DNA of 64,000 nucleotides from Planctomycetota bacterium (GTDB lineage Bacteria; Planctomycetota; UBA8108; SXIK01): NCBI GenBank assembly GCA_965223265.1, contig OZ244999.1, positions 5,632,001 to 5,696,000 of the forward strand, read 5' to 3'. Shown piece by piece: positions 51,621 to 61,462 of this stretch (position 1 is its first letter; each line of letters starts with the position of its first letter). The notes under the pieces were generated by a model. It saw only the letters and a program-made list of their open reading frames with translations, ran no database searches and was not told where the DNA came from. The position numbers and the translations under genes were made by a program.

Positions 51621-52292
51621 ATGGAGAAGAAGATGAAAGGCAGATTTGACGCCGCAGAGGATGCGTACCTGCGTAATAACCATCGCACAATGACCGATGC
51701 CGAGATTGCGTCGGCATTGAGCAGGACTAAGCCGAGCATCGCCGGGAGAAGGCGTGTTCTGGGCCTCAAGGGGAATCGACGAAAACCACGAAAAGCAACC
51801 TACCCCGGAAAAACGGAGGATGAGGCGGGCCGTCGGTTGTGGGAGGAGGCGTGCCGCCGGTCCCGGAACTTTCGTGGAATCGTTTCGACGCTCAGTAAGG
51901 ACGAGGAACTTGCCTACGTGGAAAACTGGATCGACTGGCATTCCGAGGAAATCCAGTTTACGGCGATGGAAGAGGATCTCGTCCATTACTCCATCTTGGC
52001 TCAGCTCCGAATCATTCGGTTGCTGAAGGAAGAACGGGAATCAATCGACTGGGCAACGGCGGAGAGAAAAAAGGGCAACCTCTCGGCGATGCCAGTATCC
52101 CGAATGAGAGAGATCAAAGAACAGTTCGCCATCGTCGCCAAGAATCACGAATCGCTCAATGTCGAAAGACGGCAACGGTTGAAGAATCGGCAAGAGGCTG
52201 GCAGCCGCTTTATCGATATTGTGAAGGCGAGCAAGGAAGCAGGAGCGGAGCCAGCTATGCTCAAATGCTTGAAGTGGAAGCGAATGAAGTAA
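51621..52292 (+). CDS. Phage-like HTH/coiled-coil protein
   Basis: EDAYLRNN..MTDAEIASALSRTKPSI..RR..LGL helix-turn-helix, then a helical C-terminus. Confidence 0.6.
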   Translation: MEKKMKGRFDAAEDAYLRNNHRTMTDAEIASALSRTKPSIAGRRRVLGLKGNRRKPRKATYPGKTEDEAGRRLWEEACRRSRNFRGIVSTLSKDEELAYVENWIDWHSEEIQFTAMEEDLVHYSILAQLRIIRLLKEERESIDWATAERKKGNLSAMPVSRMREIKEQFAIVAKNHESLNVERRQRLKNRQEAGSRFIDIVKASKEAGAEPAMLKCLKWKRMK

Positions 52293-52415
52293 AAGGGGCG
52301 GTGTGTATTCCGGTGTCTTTTCTCGGGCATGTGCCCGGCCGCCTCAAAAAACTCGTCAGAAAGATGCCGAGGTAACTACTTCTGAGGTCGTACAAGATAT
52401 AGGGGACGATGGCAG

Positions 52416-52667
52416 TTGGAGGGAAACATGATAAGTGGGAAAAAGACAGGTGGGCGTTGTGGCACTTGGCTGCCTTACGCCAGAATCGCCGAACTGGAGG
52501 TCGTCGAGGAACGCACCGGCAAGAGCCGGAGTCGCTTGATTGCTCTCTGTGTGGAAAAAGCGATTCGGGAGATTGCCAAGGAAGAGCGTGTCCAGCTCCC
52601 GAGCCAAAAGGGGCTACCGTCTGACAGGCATTCGTATCTGGTTTCTAAGGGATTGGGGTTGGAATGA
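52416..52667 (+). CDS. Ribbon-helix-helix (CopG-like) regulator
   Basis: ELEVVEERTGKSRSRLIALCVE. Overlaps the next start (ATGA). Confidence 0.55.
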   Translation: MEGNMISGKKTGGRCGTWLPYARIAELEVVEERTGKSRSRLIALCVEKAIREIAKEERVQLPSQKGLPSDRHSYLVSKGLGLE

Positions 52668-53320
52668 TCGATGAGATGAAAGCGGCGGTAGCCGCATTGA
52701 AGGAAGAGCATCTGAGCGACCTTTGCGTCTTTGCCGTCGATGGTCATGGAACGGACAAGCTCTTTTCTCTGACAGAGTCTCTTTCGAAGATTGATGACTG
52801 GGCGAAAGATGTCCTGCGTTCCGACGAGCCGATTTCGATCTCGCCCCTGCTCGTGTCTGCTCGGCAGTATTACGCCGGTTACAGTCGGTGGGGTCCAACG
52901 AAGCGACTGTCAGCCTCAGTTTCACACCACGGATATGTAAGCTGCTGCTTTCGAGTTCGGCTTCCAGTCCATGACGATGGAAATAGATTGATCGATGAGC
53001 TGGGTCTTTCCTTCGGCATTCTGGACGACAATGGCATTTTCACGGGCGTAATCCAGACTGAACCTCAAACCGAGAAGGATTGGCTTGCTGTTCAAAGCGA
53101 ACTTGCGGAGTTCGCAAAGACCTTCGGCGAGCCCAGAAAACAGTTTCAGCGGGGCGACACAATCCTTCTTCCTGACACCGTGTCTCGGGGAAACGTTGCG
53201 GCGGGAATGCGTAACCGCTCGGTGATCTACGGCCGGGAGGGCGTCCAAAATTCAGTAGACGTGGCGGCCCGAATCTCGTCTCTGACAAAGACGCCGAGTC
53301 GAGTCTTGGTCAGCAAGTGA
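52664..53320 (+). CDS. Hypothetical protein
   Basis: 218-aa ORF translationally coupled on both sides. Confidence 0.6.
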   Translation: MIDEMKAAVAALKEEHLSDLCVFAVDGHGTDKLFSLTESLSKIDDWAKDVLRSDEPISISPLLVSARQYYAGYSRWGPTKRLSASVSHHGYVSCCFRVRLPVHDDGNRLIDELGLSFGILDDNGIFTGVIQTEPQTEKDWLAVQSELAEFAKTFGEPRKQFQRGDTILLPDTVSRGNVAAGMRNRSVIYGREGVQNSVDVAARISSLTKTPSRVLVSK

Positions 53321-53604
53321 TTGCAGAGCATTGCTGGTTCCTGGAACTGACCGACGGCACTCGGTTCCCTTTCCTTACGCAATGGGACGACGGTGCAACA
53401 AATCCTTTGACCTCGGTATCGGGATTCGATCTCGGAGACCATTGGGCGGTTCAAGGGCCGCTGGACAGGGTGGGACCAAGTGGCGGGCCTTTGCTGCCTG
53501 GGATGAACCACCACCCGTTGGCTTCGGGAATCGTAGAGGAGCCCGATTGCTGGGCGGTTCCCAAGGAACACGTGGTGCGGGTCTTTTCAGCACCGATGCT
53601 GTAA
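53317..53604 (+). CDS. Hypothetical protein
   Basis: GTGA overlap with the preceding gene. Confidence 0.5.
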   Translation: MIAEHCWFLELTDGTRFPFLTQWDDGATNPLTSVSGFDLGDHWAVQGPLDRVGPSGGPLLPGMNHHPLASGIVEEPDCWAVPKEHVVRVFSAPML

Positions 53605-53615
53605 GGAGTAGGGCG

Positions 53616-53873
53616 ATGCTCAGAGTCACAACGGCTGCACTGGCTGCAGCAATGCAGGAACAAGAAACATCGGACGACAAGATGCGTCATGTGCTCGCAT
53701 CCAACGTACTCGGAGAAGTCGATGCGGCTGTGTTGGAGTATTGGGATCGCCCTGGACACACGACCGTCCGAGAGGTTGAAGATCCCTTCGCCGTTGCGTC
53801 CGAGATGATTCGATCGATGCGTCGGGTCTTTCCGGACGGCTCGGTCGAAATCGAAGTTGAAATGGGAGAATGA
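53616..53873 (+). CDS. Hypothetical protein
   Basis: AAGGAG RBS before ATG 53616 (MLRVTTAALAAAM). Confidence 0.55.
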   Translation: MLRVTTAALAAAMQEQETSDDKMRHVLASNVLGEVDAAVLEYWDRPGHTTVREVEDPFAVASEMIRSMRRVFPDGSVEIEVEMGE

Positions 53874-53874
53874 A

Positions 53875-54144
53875 ATGGCGATTAGATTGACAGTTCCCGA
53901 ACCGAGGGACAATCGAAAGATGACTGACGAAGAGGCCCGCAGGACTGTTGAACAGTCCAATGATGGGGCGGCACCCGGAAACCCCCTTGTCCCGAGCGAG
54001 GCCGAGGTTGATCCAATGGATATCGAGGCCGATTCCGATGGATTCACTCCCGAGGTCTCCGACCAGCCACTCGCACGGAATGTCGTCGAGTTTGAAGTGA
54101 ACGAGGGTTTCGACGGAGACATGCCGATCGGCGTAATCGTGTAA
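53875..54144 (+). CDS. Small acidic hypothetical protein
   Basis: GGAGA RBS; starts directly after the previous stop. Confidence 0.45.
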   Translation: MAIRLTVPEPRDNRKMTDEEARRTVEQSNDGAAPGNPLVPSEAEVDPMDIEADSDGFTPEVSDQPLARNVVEFEVNEGFDGDMPIGVIV

Positions 54145-54804
54145 ACGAGAAGGGGTCGCCAGGTTCTGCAAAATCCGTCTTCCGTGTCCGGCGGCCCTAC
54201 AGGGATAGGGCGGGGTCCATGTGTCGATCTCTACACGCCATGATCCCGCTCCACGAGATGAAGGCGAGGAACGATTCAGCAACCGGCTCTCGCCCAGGGA
54301 AAGACTCTGTTCTTTCCCTCAAAATACAGATGCCCGTGTCAGGCGGGCTTCACCTCCATGAAGAGACCTCCGAGGTTTCTGCATCAGGAACGCTGTGACT
54401 ACAAATCATGGCGTTCCTTTTTTTGTTCCCCTGTTGGTAGATACCTTGTAGACGTTTGGTAATCATTTGACTTGCAATAGTGGTATATACCTTGCCCTTG
54501 GCAAGCCTACGTAATCCCACCATGCCGGTGGGTCTGCCTGGCACACGAGACGCACGGAATCCGTTAAAGCCTGGCGGGGTCGTTTTCGCCTTCGATCCTT
54601 ATGCCTCCGGGTATGCAATTGTGGCAGTGTCTTTGTCAAAAGAGATTGGTGGCAACCATCTCTTCTTCTTGATAGAGCCTGTTCAGAATAGAAACGCTCA
54701 ATACCAAAATTTGATAACAATGGTCGAGTAGTCAGGTTATCAACTATGCGTTATTATTTATGTGAATGATGATTCAAACGTAGTAAGACGTTTACCAAGA
54801 GGAG

Positions 54805-55731
54805 ATGTTGATGCTGCCCGCCTTGACTCACAACGATGCCCTCTCCACCGAAACCGACCCCGCTCGTGCTGTGTTTGCCTACTTGTCTTCGTTGAGTCCA
54901 AAGGGTCGCCGCTCGATGTCGTCCCGTCTCAACAAGATTGCGGGGCTCCTGGGCTACTCTGTGGAGTCTTGCCCCTGGCACCGGCTCTCATACGAAACAC
55001 TCTCGATGCTGAGGACTCGACTGACCGAGGACGGCCTGAGTCCGGCTTCCGTGAACACCTGCCTGGCGGCCGCCAAGGGAATCCTGCGGGAGTGTTTCCG
55101 GCTCGGAATGCTTACCGCCGAGGAGTGGCAGCGTGTCCAAATGGTCAAAGGGATCAAGGGGAGTCGGCTTCCTGCCGGTAGAGAGCTTGGTCAAGAGGAA
55201 GTGCGGGCATTACTCAACACCTGCCACCCAAGTCCTCTTGGGATTCGAGACCGAGCCATCATTCAGACGCTTTACAGCACCGGGCTCCGTCGCCAGGAAC
55301 TCGTGAGCGTTCGCCTGGAGAACTTCGGCGGCGACTCCGTCACAGTCGTAGCCAAGGGCAACAAGGAACACCGGGCTTTCCTGTCTGAGTCGGCACGTCA
55401 AGCGGTGCAAGAATGGCTTCAGGTTCGGGGCGAGGAACCTGGCTTCTTGTTCGTGCGAGTCCGCAAGGGCGGCAAGATTGGGGACGTGGACAAAGCCCTC
55501 TCTGACCAAGCCGTTTACGCAATGCTGAAGAAGAGAGGAGAGGCCGCAGGGCTGGAGTCCTTCACCGTTCACGACTTTCGCCGAACGGCGGCCTCCACCT
55601 TGCTCGACAGGGGCGTTGATATCGCCACCGTGTCCAAAGTTCTCAACCACTCATCCGTAACGACTACTGCCCGCTATGACCGGAGAGGCGACCGCAAGAA
55701 AGCCGATGCTGCTCGTCTGTTGAGCCTCTGA
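54805..55731 (+). CDS. Second tyrosine recombinase (Xer/resolvase-like, no arm domain)
   Basis: RDRAII..LYSTGLRRQEL, KGNK, HDFRRT, LNHSS and TARYD motifs. AGGAG RBS. Confidence 0.92.
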   Translation: MLMLPALTHNDALSTETDPARAVFAYLSSLSPKGRRSMSSRLNKIAGLLGYSVESCPWHRLSYETLSMLRTRLTEDGLSPASVNTCLAAAKGILRECFRLGMLTAEEWQRVQMVKGIKGSRLPAGRELGQEEVRALLNTCHPSPLGIRDRAIIQTLYSTGLRRQELVSVRLENFGGDSVTVVAKGNKEHRAFLSESARQAVQEWLQVRGEEPGFLFVRVRKGGKIGDVDKALSDQAVYAMLKKRGEAAGLESFTVHDFRRTAASTLLDRGVDIATVSKVLNHSSVTTTARYDRRGDRKKADAARLLSL

Positions 55732-55753
55732 GTCGGGACTGGAAGGAGAACAC

Positions 55754-55975
55754 GTGGAAATCGTGATCGCCATCATCCTGATCGTATTGTTCGCCGCTCG
55801 TGTCTACTCGGAGTTCCGGGTGTCCTGTCGAAAGCAAGATGCCAGACAAGAGTGGATGGAAGCACGACAACGGGTCAGGGAGTCGGCCGAGGACGGCGAA
55901 GCACTCGGATTCTTTCTCGGCTACCACTTGTTCTACACCGCTCCGCAAGAGGACGACGAATGCTCTACCAAGTAG
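55754..55975 (+). CDS. Small membrane protein
   Basis: AAGGAG RBS and an N-terminal TM helix. Confidence 0.5.
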   Translation: MEIVIAIILIVLFAARVYSEFRVSCRKQDARQEWMEARQRVRESAEDGEALGFFLGYHLFYTAPQEDDECSTK

Positions 55976-56190
55976 TTTTTGGTGCCGAGACAATCTACCA
56001 GGGGTTCGGCAAGTACGAGGCGGCCGAAATCTACAACGCAGCCGTAGAGAACGGAGCGTTTCCCGTAACCGCATACTTTGACGGCTGTCCGATTGAGCAC
56101 TTCGACCCGTTCGACGCTTTCCAATACCAAGACCCTTGGGATTTCGGGGACTGGAACCTGGACGACTTCGAAGGATTCGAGTTTTTGTGA
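55960..56190 (+). CDS. Small acidic hypothetical protein
   Basis: MLYQVVFG... preceded by GAGGA. Confidence 0.45.
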   Translation: MLYQVVFGAETIYQGFGKYEAAEIYNAAVENGAFPVTAYFDGCPIEHFDPFDAFQYQDPWDFGDWNLDDFEGFEFL

Positions 56191-56375
56191 GCGACTTGGC
56201 GGGCTCCCATCCCTCGTGCTGGGTGGTCAAAGAGAGAGGGGCGGGCATCCTTTTGACCGAGACCACGCCGGAGCGTACCGAGGGGAATTCAGGGGAAGTT
56301 GGCTCGGCATAGAAGAGTTTGTGCTGGCCGAGTAAACTGGCGGTTTGACGATCGCAGAGAAGTGGAGGAGACGCC

Positions 56376-58148
56376 GTGGCCTCGCAGCCTTACGACCTGT
56401 TTATCAGCCACGCCACCGAAGACAAGGCGGGCTTTGTTGAGCCGTTGGTTGCTGCCTTGGACGAGAAGGGGCTCTCGGTCTGGTACGACCGGAAGATCTT
56501 CAAACTCGGCGACAGCATCCGGGGCAAGATTGATGAAGGGCTCGCTGGTACCCGTTTCGGTGTCGTCGTGTTGAGCCAGACGTACGCAGCGAAACAATGG
56601 ACAAAAAACGAGCTGGGTGCGTTGATGGCGAAGGAGACCGATGGCGAGAAGGTCATCCTCCCCATCTGGCACGGCGTCGGAACCGAAGACGTGAAGCGGC
56701 TCTTTCCGACGTTGGCGGACCGCATCGCCGTATCGTCAGGAGAAGGGATTGACGCTTGCGTGGAGGCGATTGTAGACGCTCTCTCTGACGAAGGAACGCC
56801 CGTGAGTCCGACTCAGATCCGCCCCCCCGGAGGCGTCGGGCTTGGTCAGGAGGAAAAGGAAATTCTACTTGCTGCAGTTAGTGGTGAACCCGAAGACGTT
56901 GTGATGGAGTGGAACACAGGCGGGCACAGACTTGAGGCCGGTGGGCGTGACCTCACGCAGAATGCAGACAGGCGAGCCATCGCAAGGTACAGAGCTGCGG
57001 TCCAGCGTCTCGTTTCCCGTGGGCACCTTGACCAGTCAACGGCAAGCGATTGCCTGTACGACATTACGCACCAGGGGTACGAGGCTGCCGACAGGCTTAA
57101 GGCGGAATCCACTGCTTCTGTTGAGCCAACCCAAGTGCAAGAACGCAGAGAAGAGTTAGGTCAAGGGGAGCAAGAGCTTCTTGTCGCCGCTGCAGGCGAT
57201 GACGGCTACGTGCTTTCCGCCGGACACAAGCAAGGACACGACGTGCAGGCGGGCGGGCGAAACTTCACACAGAACGCTAACCCGAGAACCATCGAGAAGT
57301 ACAAGGCGGCGGTTCGGAAGCTTGTCGAGCGTCGGTACCTCGAAGCTCAAGGGCACAAGAACGAGGTGTTTAAGGTATCGCATGAGGGATACGAAGCGGC
57401 GGACAAGATCCGGGGCAATGTTCTTGTTGAACCTGTCGAGCCGCCGGACTGGGCCGAGTCACTGGCAAGGTATCGCCAGGACTTTCCGGATGTGGCGGCA
57501 TTCCTATCCATCTCGAATGCGTTTGGCCGGAACGCCTCTGTCAGCTACGACGAGTTCCGGGAGACGGTCATCAAGAAGAGGTTGAATCTCGGAGACATGT
57601 ACGGATGGCCGTGGTTCGGTCCGCCGCCGGAGGGGATGAATCCCGAATGGCAGCGAAGACGAGGTGTCCGCCTACCGTATTTTGAGAAATACTACTGGGA
57701 TATTCTGGAGTCGGGGCACTTCCTTTTCTGCACCAACACGTTCACGTGGAACGACGACGACACAAGCTCGGTCGGTGTGCGGACAATGCTCTACCATCTT
57801 CTCGTAGACTTGACGTTCGCTGGAAGGGTTGCAGCAGCGTTTGGCGTCTCAGGTTCGGGTGGCGGAGTTGAACTCTCGCTGCACGGTGTCAAAGGGCGGA
57901 GGCTGCATTGTCAGGCAGATCTGCAGACCGTGTTCCCCGAGTGCACGGTTGACAGGTTCACGGCCCCGCTTGACTACGCCTTTTCGTCGAACCCGGATGC
58001 CATTCGAGAAGCAGCTATCGATGTCGTGTACGAACTGCTGACCTACTTCCCTCAGCCTCACGATGGCAGCCGCCTTATCCATCGAAACCAACTGGAGCAG
58101 CCCGCCAGGGACATTCAACAGAAGAATGGTCTCTTGGGAGACACTTGA
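56376..58148 (+). CDS. TIR domain protein with two internal ~85-aa repeats
   Basis: YDLFISHATEDK, VWYD, GDSI...IDEGL, WTKNEL (conserved Glu) and ILPIWH motifs. GGAGG RBS. Confidence 0.9.
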   Translation: MASQPYDLFISHATEDKAGFVEPLVAALDEKGLSVWYDRKIFKLGDSIRGKIDEGLAGTRFGVVVLSQTYAAKQWTKNELGALMAKETDGEKVILPIWHGVGTEDVKRLFPTLADRIAVSSGEGIDACVEAIVDALSDEGTPVSPTQIRPPGGVGLGQEEKEILLAAVSGEPEDVVMEWNTGGHRLEAGGRDLTQNADRRAIARYRAAVQRLVSRGHLDQSTASDCLYDITHQGYEAADRLKAESTASVEPTQVQERREELGQGEQELLVAAAGDDGYVLSAGHKQGHDVQAGGRNFTQNANPRTIEKYKAAVRKLVERRYLEAQGHKNEVFKVSHEGYEAADKIRGNVLVEPVEPPDWAESLARYRQDFPDVAAFLSISNAFGRNASVSYDEFRETVIKKRLNLGDMYGWPWFGPPPEGMNPEWQRRRGVRLPYFEKYYWDILESGHFLFCTNTFTWNDDDTSSVGVRTMLYHLLVDLTFAGRVAAAFGVSGSGGGVELSLHGVKGRRLHCQADLQTVFPECTVDRFTAPLDYAFSSNPDAIREAAIDVVYELLTYFPQPHDGSRLIHRNQLEQPARDIQQKNGLLGDT

Positions 58149-58406
58149 TTCTGTCTTCCAAATGTCAAGCGTTTGCTGAGTTTCCGTATTGCGTCAGACG
58201 TTTGCCATTCCCGTTACTCGACACTTTCCTTTTTCTTGATAATGCGTTTATGTGTGTACGTTTACGTAGTTTTGCCCTGTTGGTTCGACGGTTTCCATCT
58301 ACATCTCTATTCTGATGAAAAGATGTAGTTTCTAAGTTTCGGAGCGATCTGTTGACAGTCGGCTTGTGCCGGTGCATCCTCCGGAAACTCAGTAAAGGAG
58401 AGCCCG

Positions 58407-58760
58407 ATGCCGAAGTCCTTGGAAGCCAAGATTTCCGACGTGATAGAGGCGAGAGATGCCGTAATCGCCGAAATCGATGCCCAGATAGCGGAACTCCAAG
58501 CCAAGAAGGCCGAGCTTCTGGCCGGCCGGAATGACACTAAGCCTCCGTCAAAGTCAAAAGGGGGCCGTGGACGCCGAGCGAGCGTTAATGATCGGGAGCT
58601 TACCAAACTGGTGAAACAAGGCTGGACAGCCAAGAGGCTGGCGGCACACTTCGGAGTCTCAACGCAGACCATCCAGAACCGAAAGGCGAAGCTGGGACTA
58701 ACGAAGCCGAGGAAACGCAAGAAGAAAGCGAAGAAGAACACGGGGAGAACGAAGAGATGA
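58407..58760 (+). CDS. Basic coiled-coil/HTH DNA-binding protein
   Basis: N-terminal coiled coil, GWTAKRLAAHFGVSTQTI HTH and a Lys/Arg tail. AAGGAG RBS. Confidence 0.75.
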   Translation: MPKSLEAKISDVIEARDAVIAEIDAQIAELQAKKAELLAGRNDTKPPSKSKGGRGRRASVNDRELTKLVKQGWTAKRLAAHFGVSTQTIQNRKAKLGLTKPRKRKKKAKKNTGRTKR

Positions 58761-58815
58761 CGCACCGTTCTCATTGGATAGGAAGGCTGCCGCAAAGATT
58801 CGCTATGTGAACACT

Positions 58816-60036
58816 ATGGCAAAGAAGAGAACTCGAAAACCTCCGAGGCGAATCCAAAAGCCGAAGCTTGACCCATTCGTGGTGATCGTCGATACGAATA
58901 TGCTTTGGTTCAAGGACAAAGAGCCGCCGGTCAACCCGGAGTTCGACGAGCTGTGGAGCGAGCTCGAGTCGATGGTAAGCCTGGAACTGGTCATTCCAGA
59001 GGTGGTAAGGGGCGAGATTCTCTTTCAGCATACGACCTCTGCCCAGAAAGCCATTGACAAGGCGTTTGGGGAGATCGAGTTGGTATCGAAGATTACTGCG
59101 AAGAAGCAGCATTTTCGTTACCCGAAAGACAGGATTCGAAAACAAATAGAGAAGAAAATCGACGAGTGGATCAAGGGGAAAAAAGCAGCCGTCGCTGCGA
59201 CACCTTATGACGAGATCGATTGGAGTGATTTGTGTCAGCGATCCATATGGAGGCAGCCGCCGTTCACTTTTGACCCGAAGGATTCCAAAACTGAGAAAGG
59301 CTTTCGGGATGCATTGATACTTGAGACGGTGGTAAGTGTTGCACGTGCAGAGAAGAGGAAAGTCAATCTTTCGTTCTTGTGCGGGGATTTCTTGCTCCGT
59401 ACTACCTCCGACAAGCGACTCAAGGACGATGAGCGGTTTTCAAGTTACGAAACAGCCGCCGATTTTGCTTCATTCATCAAGCTTGCCAAAGATGAAACTA
59501 ACCAGAAGTTTGTTCGTGCAATTCTCAATCGAGCTCGAAGGAAGTTCTATGCCGACGGCGAGCCGGACTGCCTTTGGAGAAGAGAGAAACTCGTTGATCG
59601 AATCCGAGATGAGTTTGATTCGTACTTCGAGAAGCCGGAACTCTCGCAGGACTCTTCCTTACCCTTGCTTCGACTGATCCACGGAGACTTGCGAGCGGTT
59701 GGGTCCGGGAGATGGAAACTCGGAAAGCCAGAGTTCATTAGCATCGAAGGAGAGCGAACATATCATTGGAGGTCAGTATTGACGTTCGCTCAGTTGTACG
59801 TGTCAGAGGGAGAGCGAGGAGGCTCGGAATCGTTCTTTCAGGTGCATGAGGCAGAGAAAATTCTTGTCCTTCCGTTTTCCGTATTTTGGAAGGCGGATAT
59901 CAAGGCCGACGGCAGATTCTACAAGATCGATCTTGAGACGATCGAATTGACAGGTAACGAGTACCGCAATCCACTCAAAGAGGACCGGGAAAAGTTCCGT
60001 TCGCTTTGGGATGAGGAGGTGGAGGAGACAGGGTAA
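58816..60036 (+). CDS. PIN-domain protein (DUF4935-like)
   Basis: VIVDTNML, IPEVVRGE and KGFRDALILE acidic PIN motifs. Confidence 0.8.
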   Translation: MAKKRTRKPPRRIQKPKLDPFVVIVDTNMLWFKDKEPPVNPEFDELWSELESMVSLELVIPEVVRGEILFQHTTSAQKAIDKAFGEIELVSKITAKKQHFRYPKDRIRKQIEKKIDEWIKGKKAAVAATPYDEIDWSDLCQRSIWRQPPFTFDPKDSKTEKGFRDALILETVVSVARAEKRKVNLSFLCGDFLLRTTSDKRLKDDERFSSYETAADFASFIKLAKDETNQKFVRAILNRARRKFYADGEPDCLWRREKLVDRIRDEFDSYFEKPELSQDSSLPLLRLIHGDLRAVGSGRWKLGKPEFISIEGERTYHWRSVLTFAQLYVSEGERGGSESFFQVHEAEKILVLPFSVFWKADIKADGRFYKIDLETIELTGNEYRNPLKEDREKFRSLWDEEVEETG

Positions 60037-60038
60037 GC

Positions 60039-61370
60039 ATGGCGAGTCGTAGAGCGATAACTGCGTTTCTGGACACGAACGTTCTCCTCCACTATCCGCC
60101 TATCTCGGACGTGAGTTGGACGGACTGGCTCGAATGCGACGAAGTGAAACTTGTTCTCTGCGGCCAGGTTATCGACGAGGTGGATGAAAAGAAAAACCAC
60201 CCGACTCTCTCAAGGCGAGCCAACAGGGTGATTCGGGAGACTCGGCGGCTCCGTCAAGCTGGTGGCACTGTTCGAGACAACGTGACGCTTCACATCCTCG
60301 TGAAACAAGTGTCCAGCGACGATTTGAAAGCTGCGGGGATATCCGATAGCCCGGACGCTCGCATTCGTTATCAGGCGAGGCAGTACATCGATTCAAACCC
60401 TTCAGCGGAAGTGGTCATTGTCAGTGAAGACGGCGGTATGGACGTGCGATGTGACGCCGAAGGGCTCACGTGTGTTCCGCCGGACCTGGAGGCACGTCTT
60501 GAGACTCCCGAATCAGAGCAAGGAAAGAAGATTCGGGCACTTCAGCAAGAAGTTTCCGGACTCAAGCACCGGAGCCCGAAACTCAAGATAGTGTGCGTGT
60601 CAGCAGAAAAGGGGGCTGGAAGGGAGTATCCGGTTCGGTTTCAACTTTCACGCTCGGTGGAGCAGCTCGACCCAGAGTCCGTCGAGAAAGAAAGGCGGTC
60701 CAAGTACAAGCCTATTGCGATTCCAGAGGGTAACGCAGAATCAGCGTTGTCGAGTCTGCAATCAGCCGTTGCCGGTAGGTCTCGGGAACGGGCTGAGGAG
60801 TACAACGAAGAGCTGGAGGAGTACTTTGAGAAAGTAAAGAAGTGGGCAGAACAGACGAACGACGCTCGGGAGTTTTGGGGGCGGTCCTTCTCCTTCGTCA
60901 TGGAAGTCCATAATGAAGGGACGGAGCCAGCCAAGGGCGTTGACATTGACCTGCGACTTCCTCCGCTGGTTTCCTTTGTTCTACACGACGATGAGCATAA
61001 GGGCGTGTTCCCGAGCCTCAGCGAAGAACCGAAGCCACCGAAACCTCCAAAAGCAGATGTCTTCGGCCTGACCGGTTTCCAGCACTCATTGTTGGGAGAA
61101 CCCTTCATGCCGACACTTCCCGATAACCTAATCAAGCCGATTGGATCACCTCAGTCTTGGCTGACAGGTGACAAGGGTAGCGGCTTCGTGGTTCGATTTG
61201 ACATTCCGATGCTGAACCACCATCGGTACGTTACGTTTCCTGAAGTGACCGCCGTCTTCGAGTCTTGGGATGCGGTCGAGTCCTTCGAAGCAAACGTCCT
61301 CATCACGGCCGAGAATATCCCCGAGCGGATCGAGGAGACCATTTCGTTCGTTTTCGACGTGAGCGACTGA
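60039..61370 (+). CDS. PIN-domain protein with C-terminal beta domain
   Basis: AFLDTNVLLH, VIDEVDEKK, PDARI and VSEDGG motifs. Starts 3 nt after the previous gene. Confidence 0.8.
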   Translation: MASRRAITAFLDTNVLLHYPPISDVSWTDWLECDEVKLVLCGQVIDEVDEKKNHPTLSRRANRVIRETRRLRQAGGTVRDNVTLHILVKQVSSDDLKAAGISDSPDARIRYQARQYIDSNPSAEVVIVSEDGGMDVRCDAEGLTCVPPDLEARLETPESEQGKKIRALQQEVSGLKHRSPKLKIVCVSAEKGAGREYPVRFQLSRSVEQLDPESVEKERRSKYKPIAIPEGNAESALSSLQSAVAGRSRERAEEYNEELEEYFEKVKKWAEQTNDAREFWGRSFSFVMEVHNEGTEPAKGVDIDLRLPPLVSFVLHDDEHKGVFPSLSEEPKPPKPPKADVFGLTGFQHSLLGEPFMPTLPDNLIKPIGSPQSWLTGDKGSGFVVRFDIPMLNHHRYVTFPEVTAVFESWDAVESFEANVLITAENIPERIEETISFVFDVSD

Positions 61371-61462
61371 TTCGGTTGGCCGGTCCGTAGGAGTGCAGTA
61401 TCCCCAGACGCTTGTGCTTCCCTTGTGCTGCAGTCCCGGGAAACCCCTTACGCCACAACGGT

